DNA from: Novakomyces olei
Taxonomy: Eukaryota
Reading direction: 5' to 3'
Assembly (NCBI GenBank): GCA_016906335.1
Contig: JADEYG010000015.1
Location: 682,001 to 746,000, forward strand
Length of the DNA stretch: 64,000 nt
Position 1 is the stretch's first letter; each line of letters begins with the position of its first letter. Of the stretch, positions 25,201 through 36,757 are shown one piece after another. Position numbers and translations under genes: made by a program. The notes beneath the pieces are model-generated. The model did no database searches and was not told where the DNA came from. It saw only the letters and a list, made by a program, of their open reading frames with translations.

Positions 25201-25767
25201 AGACCGGGCGAAGTGCAGCCTCATCAGTCTAAAGGGGACAGTGCCCAGTTGGCTGACAGAGCAAGGACAGCGAGCTATATGAGCCTGGACGCGGCCGGCA
25301 ATGGGCAGTCTGGTCTAACTGATCTAAATCACGGACCTTACGTTCCCGTTTCCCGTTGGCAGAAAAAGTCGCCGACTCTTGATTTGCCTTTAAACCGGCA
25401 GCAAAGCAGTAGTGCCGACGGCAATTCTATAAGTCCATCTCGAGGGCAGAGATCAAAGAGCCCGGCTCTGGACCCGAAAGCCCAAGAGTCCGAGACCGAT
25501 CGCTGCCGTTCTGCCGATGCCGACAATAGGGAAGCCAAGGCAACTCGACTAGGCCCTTTGCAGCCTGCGCCTTTAGCAGCCGTAGAAGCTGGTGCCAGCA
25601 CTGGCCAGGCACCTCAGGTGCACAGGAAACGTGGACGGCCACGGAAGATCAGACCGGGCAATGAGGGCAATGGAGCTTCTCCAGGCCCGCCAAAGAAACG
25701 CGGAAGGCCGCGACTCCATCCAGTTAAAGATGGGAAAGCCGTAAATGCGAGCGACACTAAAAAGTGA
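22204..25767 (+). CDS. Large acidic low-complexity protein with two C-terminal AT-hooks; function unknown
   Basis: 1187-codon intronless ORF; D/E-rich N-terminal half; RKRGRPRK (25624-25647) and KKRGRPR (25693-25713). Confidence 0.8.
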   Translation: MSNGRSQSLRSNLLTFRSPGRTGHSSSAFETFSASDFDKWLSRIRNTAEAAKQQVRDADDKFRREEEQQQWREKAGSTPLFILRPVELSLNGQEVPDSSPLLPKTQPRETQKAILSRSASESDEDLVVLDDSDSENAVSDRKEEENDEMNSEIDHFNDEMEQSEQEYTFEIDQVDDGKSSEVESEDAMAEDYEQQDYDEQDYDEQDYDERAESRSLAGEEGPAEGDFGHQTKTGTGRVDKDENDDSYGASSPGSEKSGSDQYRDDLDDAGNGLDHKFTYASSREESEGNESENDGYFEEGSRSDSGHDSVSYEEESETRNSDRYDGRSRYSTWEQGKGAEYEVAEDSEHDDEQDDEGYKNYDRDEERVYEQDEEDEGEEEEGPGYEGKDRHQDEFEYGYEEEAKLEAKDEQDEDEQDEYGVEPIELGKEEGTSYTRESSNDQVQSGKESKDGNKYHVIDDSDDESEPRSYSAREEEDHSNFEDFQSSEGKNRTAVFGLEYMDDKGYVGGDLYGNGILPKGPANENGSTNENGPANENGTTNENGTTNENDSAAEKHLDASSKETRVGQQTSSATQGSTFPAHGQDGDGNLAHGSVFKPINTQSETDPTATDEQGQPRAQVGENGSIGDGSKAGADYNIVKFLTCDFPAHSAHFHSGGFFDPLQHMDDSGGSVWPIPQPQPQPDSVHSVHSVDDQHNRLLSFTDAVLSASQHQVPNDEGSSEHSSLPLVTPQLEFPPLTEQELGQAQYTADDESETSSSASVLDASVPNSPRPDESLQQDRDRAQGRGQDLEGLVLAYGQDCAGTVLALQDPVKEPNSSLNSTINSTINSTIKSSFKSTLERDTGSIPIPVANGRADSIIAPDQQANLPLTTDGPQSDQGSMANDGRVLERFERDKSSEQVAEKSETEPAPPLTESIGPIESIGPIESIGSIESIGPIESIGPMGPIGSIEPIEASRDGIKADESSVKRVRRSSFRASGESPLTDRSSVQIVVRNTGQLHRPGEVQPHQSKGDSAQLADRARTASYMSLDAAGNGQSGLTDLNHGPYVPVSRWQKKSPTLDLPLNRQQSSSADGNSISPSRGQRSKSPALDPKAQESETDRCRSADADNREAKATRLGPLQPAPLAAVEAGASTGQAPQVHRKRGRPRKIRPGNEGNGASPGPPKKRGRPRLHPVKDGKAVNASDTKK

Positions 25768-26044
25768 CTAGTGCACTCGGACTAAAAGTGACTAGTTGCA
25801 CTCGGATGTTTGGTACTGTAAATAACGGACGTGAGTTTGGTATTGTACATAACGCATTGGCAAATAACGTATTGGCAGCTTGGCTCAGGAATTGCCGCCT
25901 TGACCTATACGTGTAGCGGTTCAAGAGTGATACACTGGCAATGTATACCGTTACATGCTTACCGTCTGAGCTTGCCTGGAATAAATACAATCATATTTGG
26001 GCCATTTTTGTATAAAATTGCTATATAAACTGTGGGCACAAGCA

Positions 26045-27953
26045 CTACAGCCTGACGCTCTTGATAACGTTTGATTTTATACCCGTCATTTCGCCACCGT
26101 AGCGCGATACGTCTTGGCCTCCGCGGTGAATTGCTTGACGAGAAGCCAACCGTTTCTTTGCCGCATCGTACCGCTTACGTTTCTTAACCCTAGGGTTACG
26201 GTTCTCCTTGGGCCGATGAGGAGTTAGGCCACGGTTCTTTTCGATATCCCGGTTAATCTTTCGTTTGCCTTCCTCCATAATCCGTTCAATTTCGTCCGCC
26301 TGGTATCCTTTCTTTCGCAGATCGCGTTCCAGATCATGGATTCGTTTCTTTTCCACTTTGGCCATCTTTGAGGAGTTTGCTACTGACTGGTAATACTCCT
26401 CGTCGGAATCAAGAGGGTCTTTGGACGACCTTTTATCCGACGTTTCCAAGTTTGCTTCATCGTCGCTAGTTTCACCTGCGTCCAAATCAGCGCCCAACGT
26501 GGAGTCTTTTCCACGTCGTTCTGCCTCCGCCAAAAGCCGTTGCTGTCGCTCCTTTTCACGTTCTCTGTAGGGGATATCAGCATCGCCAGATAGACCGAGC
26601 TTGTTGGCCCTTTTGGCTGATTTCTGGTGAATCTGGTTGGCGTAGAAACGCAGAGACTTTTTCCGCGCATTCGACTCTTCTGCTTCAATATCATCCAGAT
26701 AATTGGCCTCTGAATAATCGTTGCCATCTTGTGTATGCCGGGGCCTTTTCCTTCCCGGTTTTATACGTTTAAGCGTCTCGTCCAGGTCCAAATTTATCTC
26801 CGGCAGAGTCGATGCCGGCTCAGGCTGCGTTGCGGTACTAGGTTTATCTTGTCTATCGCTCAAGTCACTAGCTCTATCGGATAAAGAACCATCAGATAAA
26901 GAATCATCAGATTCAAAAGGCAAAGGCCTTTCCTTGGAAACGTTATGCAAAGACTGCGAGACAGAATCGTCCTTTAGGGACATTTCCGCCGGAGAAGACT
27001 CGTCGCTGTCTTGAGTGAGACTGGGCGGCAGGCTGGCCGAGGTTGCCTGCATGTAAGCCTCTCTTGCTTTCAAGATCGACTCCATAATAGGATGATGACG
27101 GAGATTTTCCTCACGGGCGGTTGCATCGGAGCAGAGAGCAAAATAGCACGAAAGACAGGCCAAGTAGGTTCTCAAAGCATTACTCTGTAAAACACCAATT
27201 TTCGTAGTATTACCATGCTTATTAAAGTCTGCGAGTTTCGGGTAGAGATCAATCATTTCCTGAGCAAAAGCTCCGAGTTCCGGAAAGTAGAGATCAAGTA
27301 GCCGTTCACGTTCAGCTAAAGGCATATCAGCAGAAACAGACCGAGGCAGGGATTCGATCCGTGTACCGCGCGAAAGCAATTTTGTTTCATCGAGTCCCTT
27401 TGCGTCTTGAGCAGACCCATTTTTCCACAGAGCCAAGTCTGCTTCAATGTAGTCTTCTGCTTTTAAGCGCTCTCTTTGCCGTTGCTGTAACCGTCTAACT
27501 TCAGCTTCTTCCAACTCTGCATCCTCCTCTGCTTCCATCTCGTTCGCCCCATAATAATCGCCTTTAGTCTTGCCCCAAGACTCGTCGTATTCGCCTTCAT
27601 CCTGCTCTTGGCTATACTCGCCCTCACTAAACGCTTCGTGCTCCCCTTCTCCATCAGAATCATTATCGTCGTCGTCGTATCCTTCTTCGCCGATGCCAAG
27701 AGGAAGAACTTCTTGGTCGCTAAAGTCATCGGGCCGTTGAGACTGAAACGGATCTAGCGCTACCTTGTCGCGCGCTGCATAAACTAGACATATTAGATTC
27801 AAGCGCCTTTATCGAATCACGCAAAAACTTACACTCGTCTTCCGAATCAAAGGCATCTTGCGCCGTCTCGATTCGCTTGCTAGGCAGTCCCGGCTCAAAG
27901 TCGGCTACTGAGGCCTTTGCAGGCGCCGCCGACCGTTTGTGCTTTCGAGCCAT
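26045..27953 (-). CDS. SAS10: SSU processome subunit Sas10/Utp3, 2 exons
   Basis: Motifs KKSLRFYA, GDADIPYRE, IEKNRGLTP.R.K..RNPRVK.R..Y, YGGE.TGIK. Intron 27784-27832. Confidence 0.93.
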
Positions 27954-28030
27954 GTAAATTTTGCAAATAATTATTGGTAATTATTTGTCTGATCTGGTGA
28001 AATTCAAGAATTATTTTATCGTACAAATAT

Positions 28031-28138
28031 TAAATAATAAATAATAAATAATAAATAATAAATAATAAATAATAAATAATAAATAATAAATAATAAATAA
28101 TAAATAATAAATAATAAATAATAAATAATAAATAAATA
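28031..28138. repeat. (TAAATAA)n heptamer microsatellite upstream of Sas10
   Basis: Directly visible, about 15 copies. Confidence 0.9.
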
Positions 28139-28354
28139 TGATACTAACAAGTATGATTACGATAAATATGATATTTACAATAATACAACACTCGGCACAC
28201 TTATACTGCAGCACTTTTGTCTCAAACGAGACGTGCTGCTTATACCATTACATCTGTAACAACTACACTGTAAATCAAAATGTTTTAATACCCAATCTAT
28301 TACATTGGACTTTTAACATGTGCCGACCGGGGTCAACACGTCGTAGATTTAGAC

Positions 28355-29500
28355 CTACTTTGGCGGGTTGTATACAATCTTTCGGTTCTTGATACCAGCC
28401 CATTTGAACTTTTTGACCCAAACGGAAAGCGCGTACATGGCAACGACAAGAGTCAGAGCCTGGAACCCCATCTTTTTGCGCTCATCGTGCTCTGGCTCAG
28501 CCGCCCAATTCAAAAAGGACACGACGTCCTTGGCGTACTGGCTAGTAACACCAGGCGTCCCATCTTCATACTCGACCAACCCATCAAACAAGAGCCGGGG
28601 CATGGCAATCTTCGTGCCGGGGAAGTAAGGGTTGAAGTACTGTCCCTCGGCGATAGTCACACCTGGCGGAGCCTCGTCAGGGTAGCCGGTAAGCAGAGCA
28701 TAAACATAATCCGAGCCGCCGTGGCGAGCCTTAACAATCAGGGACAAGTCCGGTGGTAAGGCTCCCGCATTGGCAGCACGAGCCGCCTCCTCGTTTGGAT
28801 AAGGCTTTGGAAGGTAATCAGCCAGCTTTCCAGGGCGCTCAAACATTTCACCCTGGTCATTGGGTCCGTCTTCATACTCAAACTGCTGCGCCATTTCCCG
28901 TGCTTCGTCGACGGTGTGAGTGTTGCCCACCAAATTGCGCCAGGCCACACGTTCAATAGAGTGGCAGGTAGAGCATACTTCACGGTACACCTGGTAGCCG
29001 CGGCGGAGACTAAAAGTAAGCAAACGGCAACAAGACAGCGAGCCAGGCAGTAAGTAAAACAGCCAATCAAAAACGTAAAATCAAACGGCAAGTGCGGACA
29101 GAATGTAATGCAAAAGCAATTGTAAAACACAAGGAAAAGACAAAAAAACAAAAGACAAGAGCAATTCATACCTCTGATGATCAAAAGAGCTCAAGTATCC
29201 GTCCTGCGGCCACGGATAGTGTGGAGGATGCATTCCCTCCTCGGCCGGAGTCATTGCACTGATCGGGTTCCCATACAGATGCAAGTAAACGGCGCCAGTT
29301 GCCAGTGAAGCCGCAGTGGCACCGACTAAAAGAGCGTTCGATGGAGCGGCCCGGGCAGTAGCAGACGAAAATTGCTATATTACAGACAAGAGACAAGTGT
29401 TAGCCCGGATGGAACGGAAAGATAGAAAAGCTGTGCGCTTTATACGTACCCGTAACTGGCTGCGCGCGCCAGCGCCTCGCAAAAACCCGCGCGCAAACAT
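28355..29500 (-). CDS. CYT1: Mitochondrial cytochrome c1, 3 coding exons plus probable 5'UTR intron
   Basis: Presequence MFARGFLRG; motifs RRGYQVYREVCSTCHS (CxxCH), PPDLSLIVKARHGG, FLNWAAEPEHDERK. Confidence 0.97.
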
Positions 29501-30020
29501 TGAGGCAACGCCGGTCTGAATTGGTGTTAGAACGGGCCAACAGAAAAATGGTTAAAATGGAGAAAAAGAAGAAGGAAAAAAGGGAAAAAAAACGAAGAAA
29601 ACAAGAGTAAGGCGATTCTAGTGTGGGCAATTTAAAATATATATTCCAAGAGTCTCACCGACTCTTGATCCTTAATTGGCGCTGTACTTGCCTTTTTTCC
29701 TGCACGATCCTCAAGTTGTATGGGTGTCTAGTTACCGTTTATTTTACGCTGCTCTTTTCCCTATACGCCAGAGTTTTGCGGCGTACTTGATTGGGCCCGG
29801 AGACAGTCGGGAATGGAAAACCCTGTTTAGTAGTGCGCGTGGACGTATACCAGACGGCGCATTTCTGGATGGCCAAGTAAGGCTATAGCCGAATACACAT
29901 TCTATTAAGTATAGATATAGCTATAAATATAGGTACTACTTGTACAGCAAAATTAAGATATTCATAACTTGCGCTTAGTAAATGGTCGATTCAAACTGAA
30001 GCCGATTATATAGGCGACCA

Positions 30021-30094
30021 GCGGGCGTAGCACAGCTGGGAGTTGCGTCAGACTGAAGATCTGAAGGTCATGTGTTCGAGCCACATCGTCCGCA
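30021..30094 (+). tRNA. tRNA-Phe (GAA), intronless
   Basis: Acceptor stem GCGGGCG/CGTCCGC; anticodon arm TCAGA-CTGAAGA-TCTGA; T arm ATGTG-TTCGAGC-CACAT; poly-T Pol III terminator follows. Confidence 0.93.
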
Positions 30095-30263
30095 CATTTT
30101 TTTATTTATTTTTTTTATTTGGCTTTTTCCGTGCGTCATTCATTGCAATTTTCTATTCGTCTTGACGACAAAGAGAAGAAGCGTGACCGCTCGTGTTCAA
30201 TTCTGCTTGTGTTTTTAATTTTTATTATCTATTATCTATTATTTTTTATTTCTTTATTTATTA

Positions 30264-30362
30264 TTTATTTCTTTATTTAATAATTATTTCTTTATTTAAT
30301 AATTATTTCTTTATTTAATAATTATTTCTTTATTTAATAATTATTTCTTTATTTAATAATTA
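30264..30362. repeat. 19-bp tandem repeat (TTATTTCTTTATTTAATAA)x~5
   Basis: Directly visible. Confidence 0.85.
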
Positions 30363-30866
30363 TATAATAATTATTTATAGTTTTCTTTGATTTGTTTCCA
30401 TTTCTTCCCTGTAGTAGACCTGTTAGAGCTGTCAAAATCCTTGGACTCTAATGTCTTGCTGGTGGCTAATTTATCATTAAATACACGAATAACGATGCAC
30501 AAGACAAACAAGCTGGCCGCCTGCAGCAGGGGTTTATTGGAACCATTTTAAAGAAAACACGACGCTTCATGGGACGGGATACTGTGATAAACTACGCACG
30601 CTTCCGTGTCTACACAGTAGACGAGCACAACGGTTCCTCAATTCTATTCGTTTTACGCGTGTTATTTAAGCAAACCCACGATACAAAAAAGAAGGAGACT
30701 TTTCCGTCAAATCCAGCAACTAATCAATGCAGGCTTCTTGCGTGAGGCACTGAGCCAGAGCCAAATCATAAAAATAGAGTGAAAGGTGGAATAGAGTGAA
30801 AAGTGAATTAGAGCAGATTAAACATAGATTAAATTGAGCAACAGGAGTGTATATCGAGTCGTAGTA

Positions 30867-33800
30867 TTACAGAGCCGCTTTCCGGTACAAGTCGAGCAGC
30901 GTGGCGGTGCTCCAAGCCTGAGTGGGAGAAGAGTCGTTGCAGTAAGCGCCGTCCTTGTTGGTAAGCTCAGCCAATCCGGCCCAAGGGCTGTCTGCAATCA
31001 TGCGACGGTGGGCGGCCATTCTGGTGAACAAGAGGCACCTGACGTCTTGGGCGGGCAGCTTACATGAGGCAAAATGCAGCATTGCCTGCAAATAGAACCC
31101 AGTGAGAAACAGCCACTCGGGTCCGTTGTGGTAGTTGCGGCCCTTGGCGGTCAAGTAATCAGTACTGTCGTCCGAGTTGTGGTAGTATGGGCGGTACAGC
31201 TTATCGCTCGGGTCCAAGGTGCGCATGCCCGCGGGTCCACGCAGGACAGTGTCCGCCAGCTGGAGGCAGAGCAGAGCGTGGTCACTGTCAAAAAGCTCTG
31301 GAGCAACAGCCATTGCCATTGGGAAATTGGACCGGAACTGGTAGTCCTCAAAGGGCACTTCAGACAGGTAGAGGTCCTTGTAGATTCCACGTCTGTTGAC
31401 AATACCCTCGTCCACAGCATAATCGCCATCCTGATCGTGTGCCATTGGGATATAGTAGCACTTTTCAAAGCTGGCCTGGACCAAGTCTTCCCACTCCTGC
31501 AGCCGGATCTGCCCAGCACCTGCCTTGGCAAACTGGCCGCCCATACCCACACTGTCGTAAGGGTACTGGCCCTTTTGCTGCAGCTCTCGCACAAAGCGGA
31601 GAGCGCTCTTGAGCAGTCCTGTAATCTCTATAGCCGCTCCGTCCCGTGGACTGCCGGGCTGGCCCTTGTTGCCCGCTCGCTCGCTGCTGCCCATCTTGTC
31701 CTGCCAAGTGCCACAGTTTGCCCTGTTCCTTGCAATCGGCAGCCCTGTCGTCCAGTCAACGTCGACACTCACATTAAAACCGGCATCCGTCATGTCCTGG
31801 TCCAGGCCAGGGCCGGCATTGGCCTCTCGGTAGTGGATACCACCAGCATGGCTCTCAAAGACTTCTTGCATTAGTTGTATTATGCTCGACTCGTCCCGGA
31901 ACGATCGGGGATCCTCTGTCTCTGTAAACTCTGTCTCTCCACTTGGGAACCGTCGCTTGACTCGGGCACTCAGGATCTCTGAGCCGTTTGGCACAATGTG
32001 CACATAGTCCTGGACGGCCTGCATCCAGAACCAAACAGCGTCCCGAGCATTGTACCGTGGCCGGCGGCCAGAGTCGAGCAGGTTCGGGATCATTCCATGC
32101 TTCAGCGTTGAGGCAAAGGCCAGGATATGAGCACGAGCCTCCTCAAACCTGTGCGTCGAGATGAGAAGGCCGTTTATAGAGATAAAGACGTCCCTGCCCC
32201 AGCACCGTGCCCAGCCAACGGCAAAGTGAGGCAGCCCTGCAGCCATCGAGGGCACTTGCTCATCTGGCACAATCGACACATGCCTCATCTGGGCCACCAT
32301 CTGCACACTCGTCATGGCCAGGTCCTGTACAAATGCTGACCCTGCCGCCTTGCCGCTAGTGTACCCAGCCTTTGCTGTAATGCTCATACTCTCCAATGTT
32401 TTTGTATTGTCGATATTGCCATTATTATTGCTATTATTATCGATATTATTATCGATATTTTTATTTTTATTGCTATTATTATCGCTGATGTGGTGAGGAA
32501 ACAGGACTAGAGCTCTGTCACGGGCCGCATTGAATGTGGCAAAAATCAAGAGCACAACGAGACGCGTAAACACTCGCAGGGGCACTTTGTGCAGAATCTG
32601 CACTTTCTCCCTGAGCACGTCTGCCACAGGCTTCAAGCCCGGGAGCAGACTGCTCTGCTTTACGAGCCGGTTTACAATGTAGTCTGCCACCCATCGGCCC
32701 TGTGCCAAATGCTTTGCCAGCGGATGGCCCATATTATCTGTAGCCGCCAGCTCTCTCAGTGGAGGCTGGAACCCAGCGAGTCCGCAGTAGACAAGAGACC
32801 CGTATCCCGGGATATTGTAGGCTCCGTCCTCGCCGTCCGTCACCTCTCGCTCCTCTGCCTCGCAGCGGTAGAGCAGAGCGTTCAGGTCTACAAGACTGCA
32901 GCCAATAAGTGCCTTTCTAATTCCACTAACCATAGCCCTCTCTGTCTGGACAGAATCGTAGTCATTGCCAGCCAGCCGAGTCCTTATGATGCAGATGCTG
33001 CCTGGCGGAAATGGTGCTGGAGTGCTTAGTGTCGTTCCCGAACCCGTCCACTGCAGCACTGGCGGATCGAGGACCTGGATCCCTGATTTCAGACCGTACA
33101 GGTACTCTGTATCGCTCTGGTCGTCGTACGAGTCTACATTGAGCCTCACACTCAGCACCGTCTCACACTCGAGCTCAGACAAAAAATCTCTAAACGGCTC
33201 AGAGGCAGAGGCAGAGGCAGTTTGCTGATGAAAGGCAGAGTGAGCTACGAGGTAGTACCCTTCCTGAGTGGCCGGGCACACTCTGTGCACTGCCAAGTAA
33301 GCACCACTGACCTGCGAGTAGGACTGCGTATATCCCTGGCGAGCCATTTCAACATGCAGCGAGTTCAGTTTGCCTTTGACTGATCCGATACCGGACAAAT
33401 TGCCTGGCGAATCAGTGGCAGACCCGTACCGACGCTTCTCCGTCACGAGATTGAGCAGGTGCGGAAAGATTTCATCATAGCCACGTACACTGCCAATAGC
33501 ACAGGCGGAAAAGGCGACAACGGCCGCGTTTGGCAGCGTATCCTCCGGCGTCCGACGCTGCGTCGGCGTCTCATTGTCGTGCGTGCAGTCCATAAACATG
33601 GCAGGAACATTGCTTGGTCTAATTTCCCTAACCCTAACCCTAGACAGAGGATCAGAATACACAACGTCGGCGACAGAGCCGATGGGCAGCCCGCCATAGT
33701 GGTACACAATCTGGCCCAGCTCGGCCTCGCTCCAGGCCTGCATCGCTTCACGCACAAGACTGGCGATTCCCAGGTTTGTCATGTACAGGATATCCATCTC

Positions 33801-35894
33801 CTCACTTCCAGTGAAGAGCTCAGCTACCACATACAAGTCGGGGCGAATCAGCCTTGCTCTGTCTGTAAAGTACGTCGCCACATGCAACGGCGTTGAATGG
33901 CAATTGTCGATTCGGAAACCGTGGAAAAGCTGTGCTGAACGCTCCGTATACTCGAGCATATGCTTCCACAGAAAGGGATTGTCGTCTGGTGCACTGCCGT
34001 ACCGCAGTTTTACACAGTCGCCCCACACAATAACTTCACGACGAAGGTAAGCACGCGACTCTGGGCCGGCAAAGTCAATCAATGGGTTCGCGTTCCACAG
34101 CCACCCGTTGTTGGCCAGAGCCAATGATCCAGGTGGATGGTCCTGCGTCCTTTTGTTTTGTGGTAGACGCGTGAAATACGTTTCAATAAGTGGAGAATTA
34201 CGCGAAATTGGACCGAGTTTGGGTCCGTTATCGTCGAGTCTCATGTACTTTATACGGTTGAACAGCTGCTCCAGTATTGTCTCTTTCTCAGTATCATACT
34301 CGCGGTAAAAAACGAGATTAACTTCGTCTAATAGGGCATCCAGATCTTCTTCTACTTTATCACGAGCATCAAACTCTTTGCCAGCCAGAGCGGCCAGGTA
34401 CTGCAGTGCTTTCCCAGTGTCTATTGTTTTTTTGTAGCGGCCGCCCAGAGATTCCCGGCCTGTAACCCCTCCAAGGTCTAGAAAGACACGGACACGATCA
34501 CCCGGCGAGGCTTGCAGATCAAGATCCAGCGGGTCAATAGCACTGTGATCAGCACTAGACCAAGCTTCCAGTATGCGGCCTCGCTCAGCTTCAACATTAA
34601 TGACAAAAAATTCCCACAGTTTGATGACGCCAATCACATCAGTTCCGATTTCATCAACAATTTTTATCAGATCATCAACGCTGGAAATAACAGTTGGAAG
34701 GCCCCGCTGTTTGAGCTCACCCGAAAAACGGAGCAGCTCCGTGTCAAGCTCGTACGCACACTGCAAGTGCGGACTGTTGTGGATATTATACCCGGCCTCC
34801 GGATGGTCCAACAGCCAATCAGAATTATTGGCAGTATGGTTCCAAACGACATCTGACATTGACATGATCCCAAGCTCCGAGTCCAAACGGTGCAAGAACT
34901 CTTTTACTTTTTTCTCTTTTTCCTCCCGACTCAATTGGCTTAGGAAAAGGCTGTCACTAAAACTGTTTTGATCATAGATACTGTAAGGCGAATTGCTCTC
35001 GCCCCGCTGCTGCAAAGGCGTAAAATGAATCATATTGTAGCCTTTAGTATGGGCCAATTGCATTTCCGGCCACCATTCAGAGAGGGGGCCGGCCCACTTG
35101 GAAACGACTGTTTGTAACGCCAGTCCTTCAAGCGGTAGATTTTTGCCCTTTGTCGTGAGTGCCGCAGAAACCACAAACTGGGTCTCTTTTGTCGTTGCCC
35201 GCTCCTGCGGTTTGTTCTCCTTGCCCCACTCCGCAGTAGGCTCATATTCGAACCATATAGCAAACGATCCGGCCTGGCAGATTGATATATCCACAATAGC
35301 ATCTCTCTCGAAATCGTAATCAATTCTGCCTGTTAGCACGAATTCAAGATTTTCGCAACCCCAGGGAAGGAATCATTAAACCAGATGGCAAAAATGAAGC
35401 CAGAATGCAAAGTAAATAGAAATCGACACTAGTCTAATAAGAAATACGAATTAAATAGCATTTAGCGTTAATTAATAAAAAAAGGCAAAGACTGATGCAA
35501 AGTACCCAATTTCATGCTGACTGTGCCGGTCGTACTGGCCTCCGTCTATAGGATAATTCGTCTTCAGCACCGCGTTTTTAGTGAAAGGGCTTCCACCGGG
35601 AATTAGAAGGCGTAGCGTGTACGGCTCAATGGGCGAGGGCAGCTAAAAGATTAGCACAAAAGCTCATTTGAAGAGGAATCAGCAGGGCACTAATTGGTGC
35701 AAAGAGTGCGTGAGCACTGGAACCCTGTGCAGGCGTGGCCCGTGCAAAGGCAAAGTGCACATGACAAACCGGCCAGAACGATCACCGCCCACTCTTACCT
35801 TTATATACTTGCCATAATGCTCAGACACGCCATTCTCGTTGATCCGCATAACGTAGACATCGCCAGTGGCGTTGCCATTGGCCAAAGGGGCCAT
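30867..35894 (-). CDS. GDB1: Glycogen debranching enzyme, 3 exons
   Basis: Motifs GYNMIHFTPLQ.RG.SNSPYSIYDQ, GFRIDNCHSTP, VAELFTGSE, DCTHDNE, WARCWGRD, NYHNGPEW, QAWS. Two 5' introns. Confidence 0.97.
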
Positions 35895-36757
35895 AGCTCA
35901 CGCAATTGCTCTGTCTCTGCGACTTGTACCTATTCTCGCATACGTTCGTTGCTGCGTGTTTGATTACTGGACGTCATCGACAAAAGTACCCATACTCTGA
36001 TCGGTTACATTATGGAACAATGCGTATCGTTCACAAGTATCGTACCGTATAGTGTTCTGTTTTAATAAAAGTGTCCTATGCTTTATATTTAGAAGCCGTC
36101 GATTCACGTGTGGTTATCGATCAGTGTTAACCCTATTCAATGATAGGTGATTTACAGTTGATCATATATAGTCGATTTTATTTAGGATTATATTTAGCAG
36201 ATTTTAATTAGTTGATTAATATATTTTATAATTCAGAGTCTCTGGTCTACAAAAAAGTGGGTGGGGCGTGATGTCAATTCTAACCAGGTTTAGACTGTAG
36301 GAAATGCGCATGTTCGTTCAAACTATTGCTCAATATATATCATATATCATTCTCATTGATTATTTGCCACCCTGCTACCAATTATACTTTCCAGCTTGTA
36401 ATAGATAATACATGTTATTGAACAGACTACAGGCAGATGTGCGCTAAGGCATATGCATTTGCAAATACTGTTGCGTACACATAAAGCTTGTTGAACATTA
36501 CAATACTATCGAAAGCGATACGTCACTCAAATGGCAGAATTTTGACACTATAATTGCCGTATAACTAACTCTGTCTGGAGACAGGTTGACAAGATAAAAC
36601 TGCCGCCAATTGAAGAGTGGGATGGGTTCATAATTAACCACATCACTATCAAAAGACGATAAATTACAAATTTAAAAATTTAGAAATAATTAAATAACAA
36701 ATAAATAAATAAATCACTTTCCCCGTATTTGATCGATATTCATGTCCCTACAATGGC

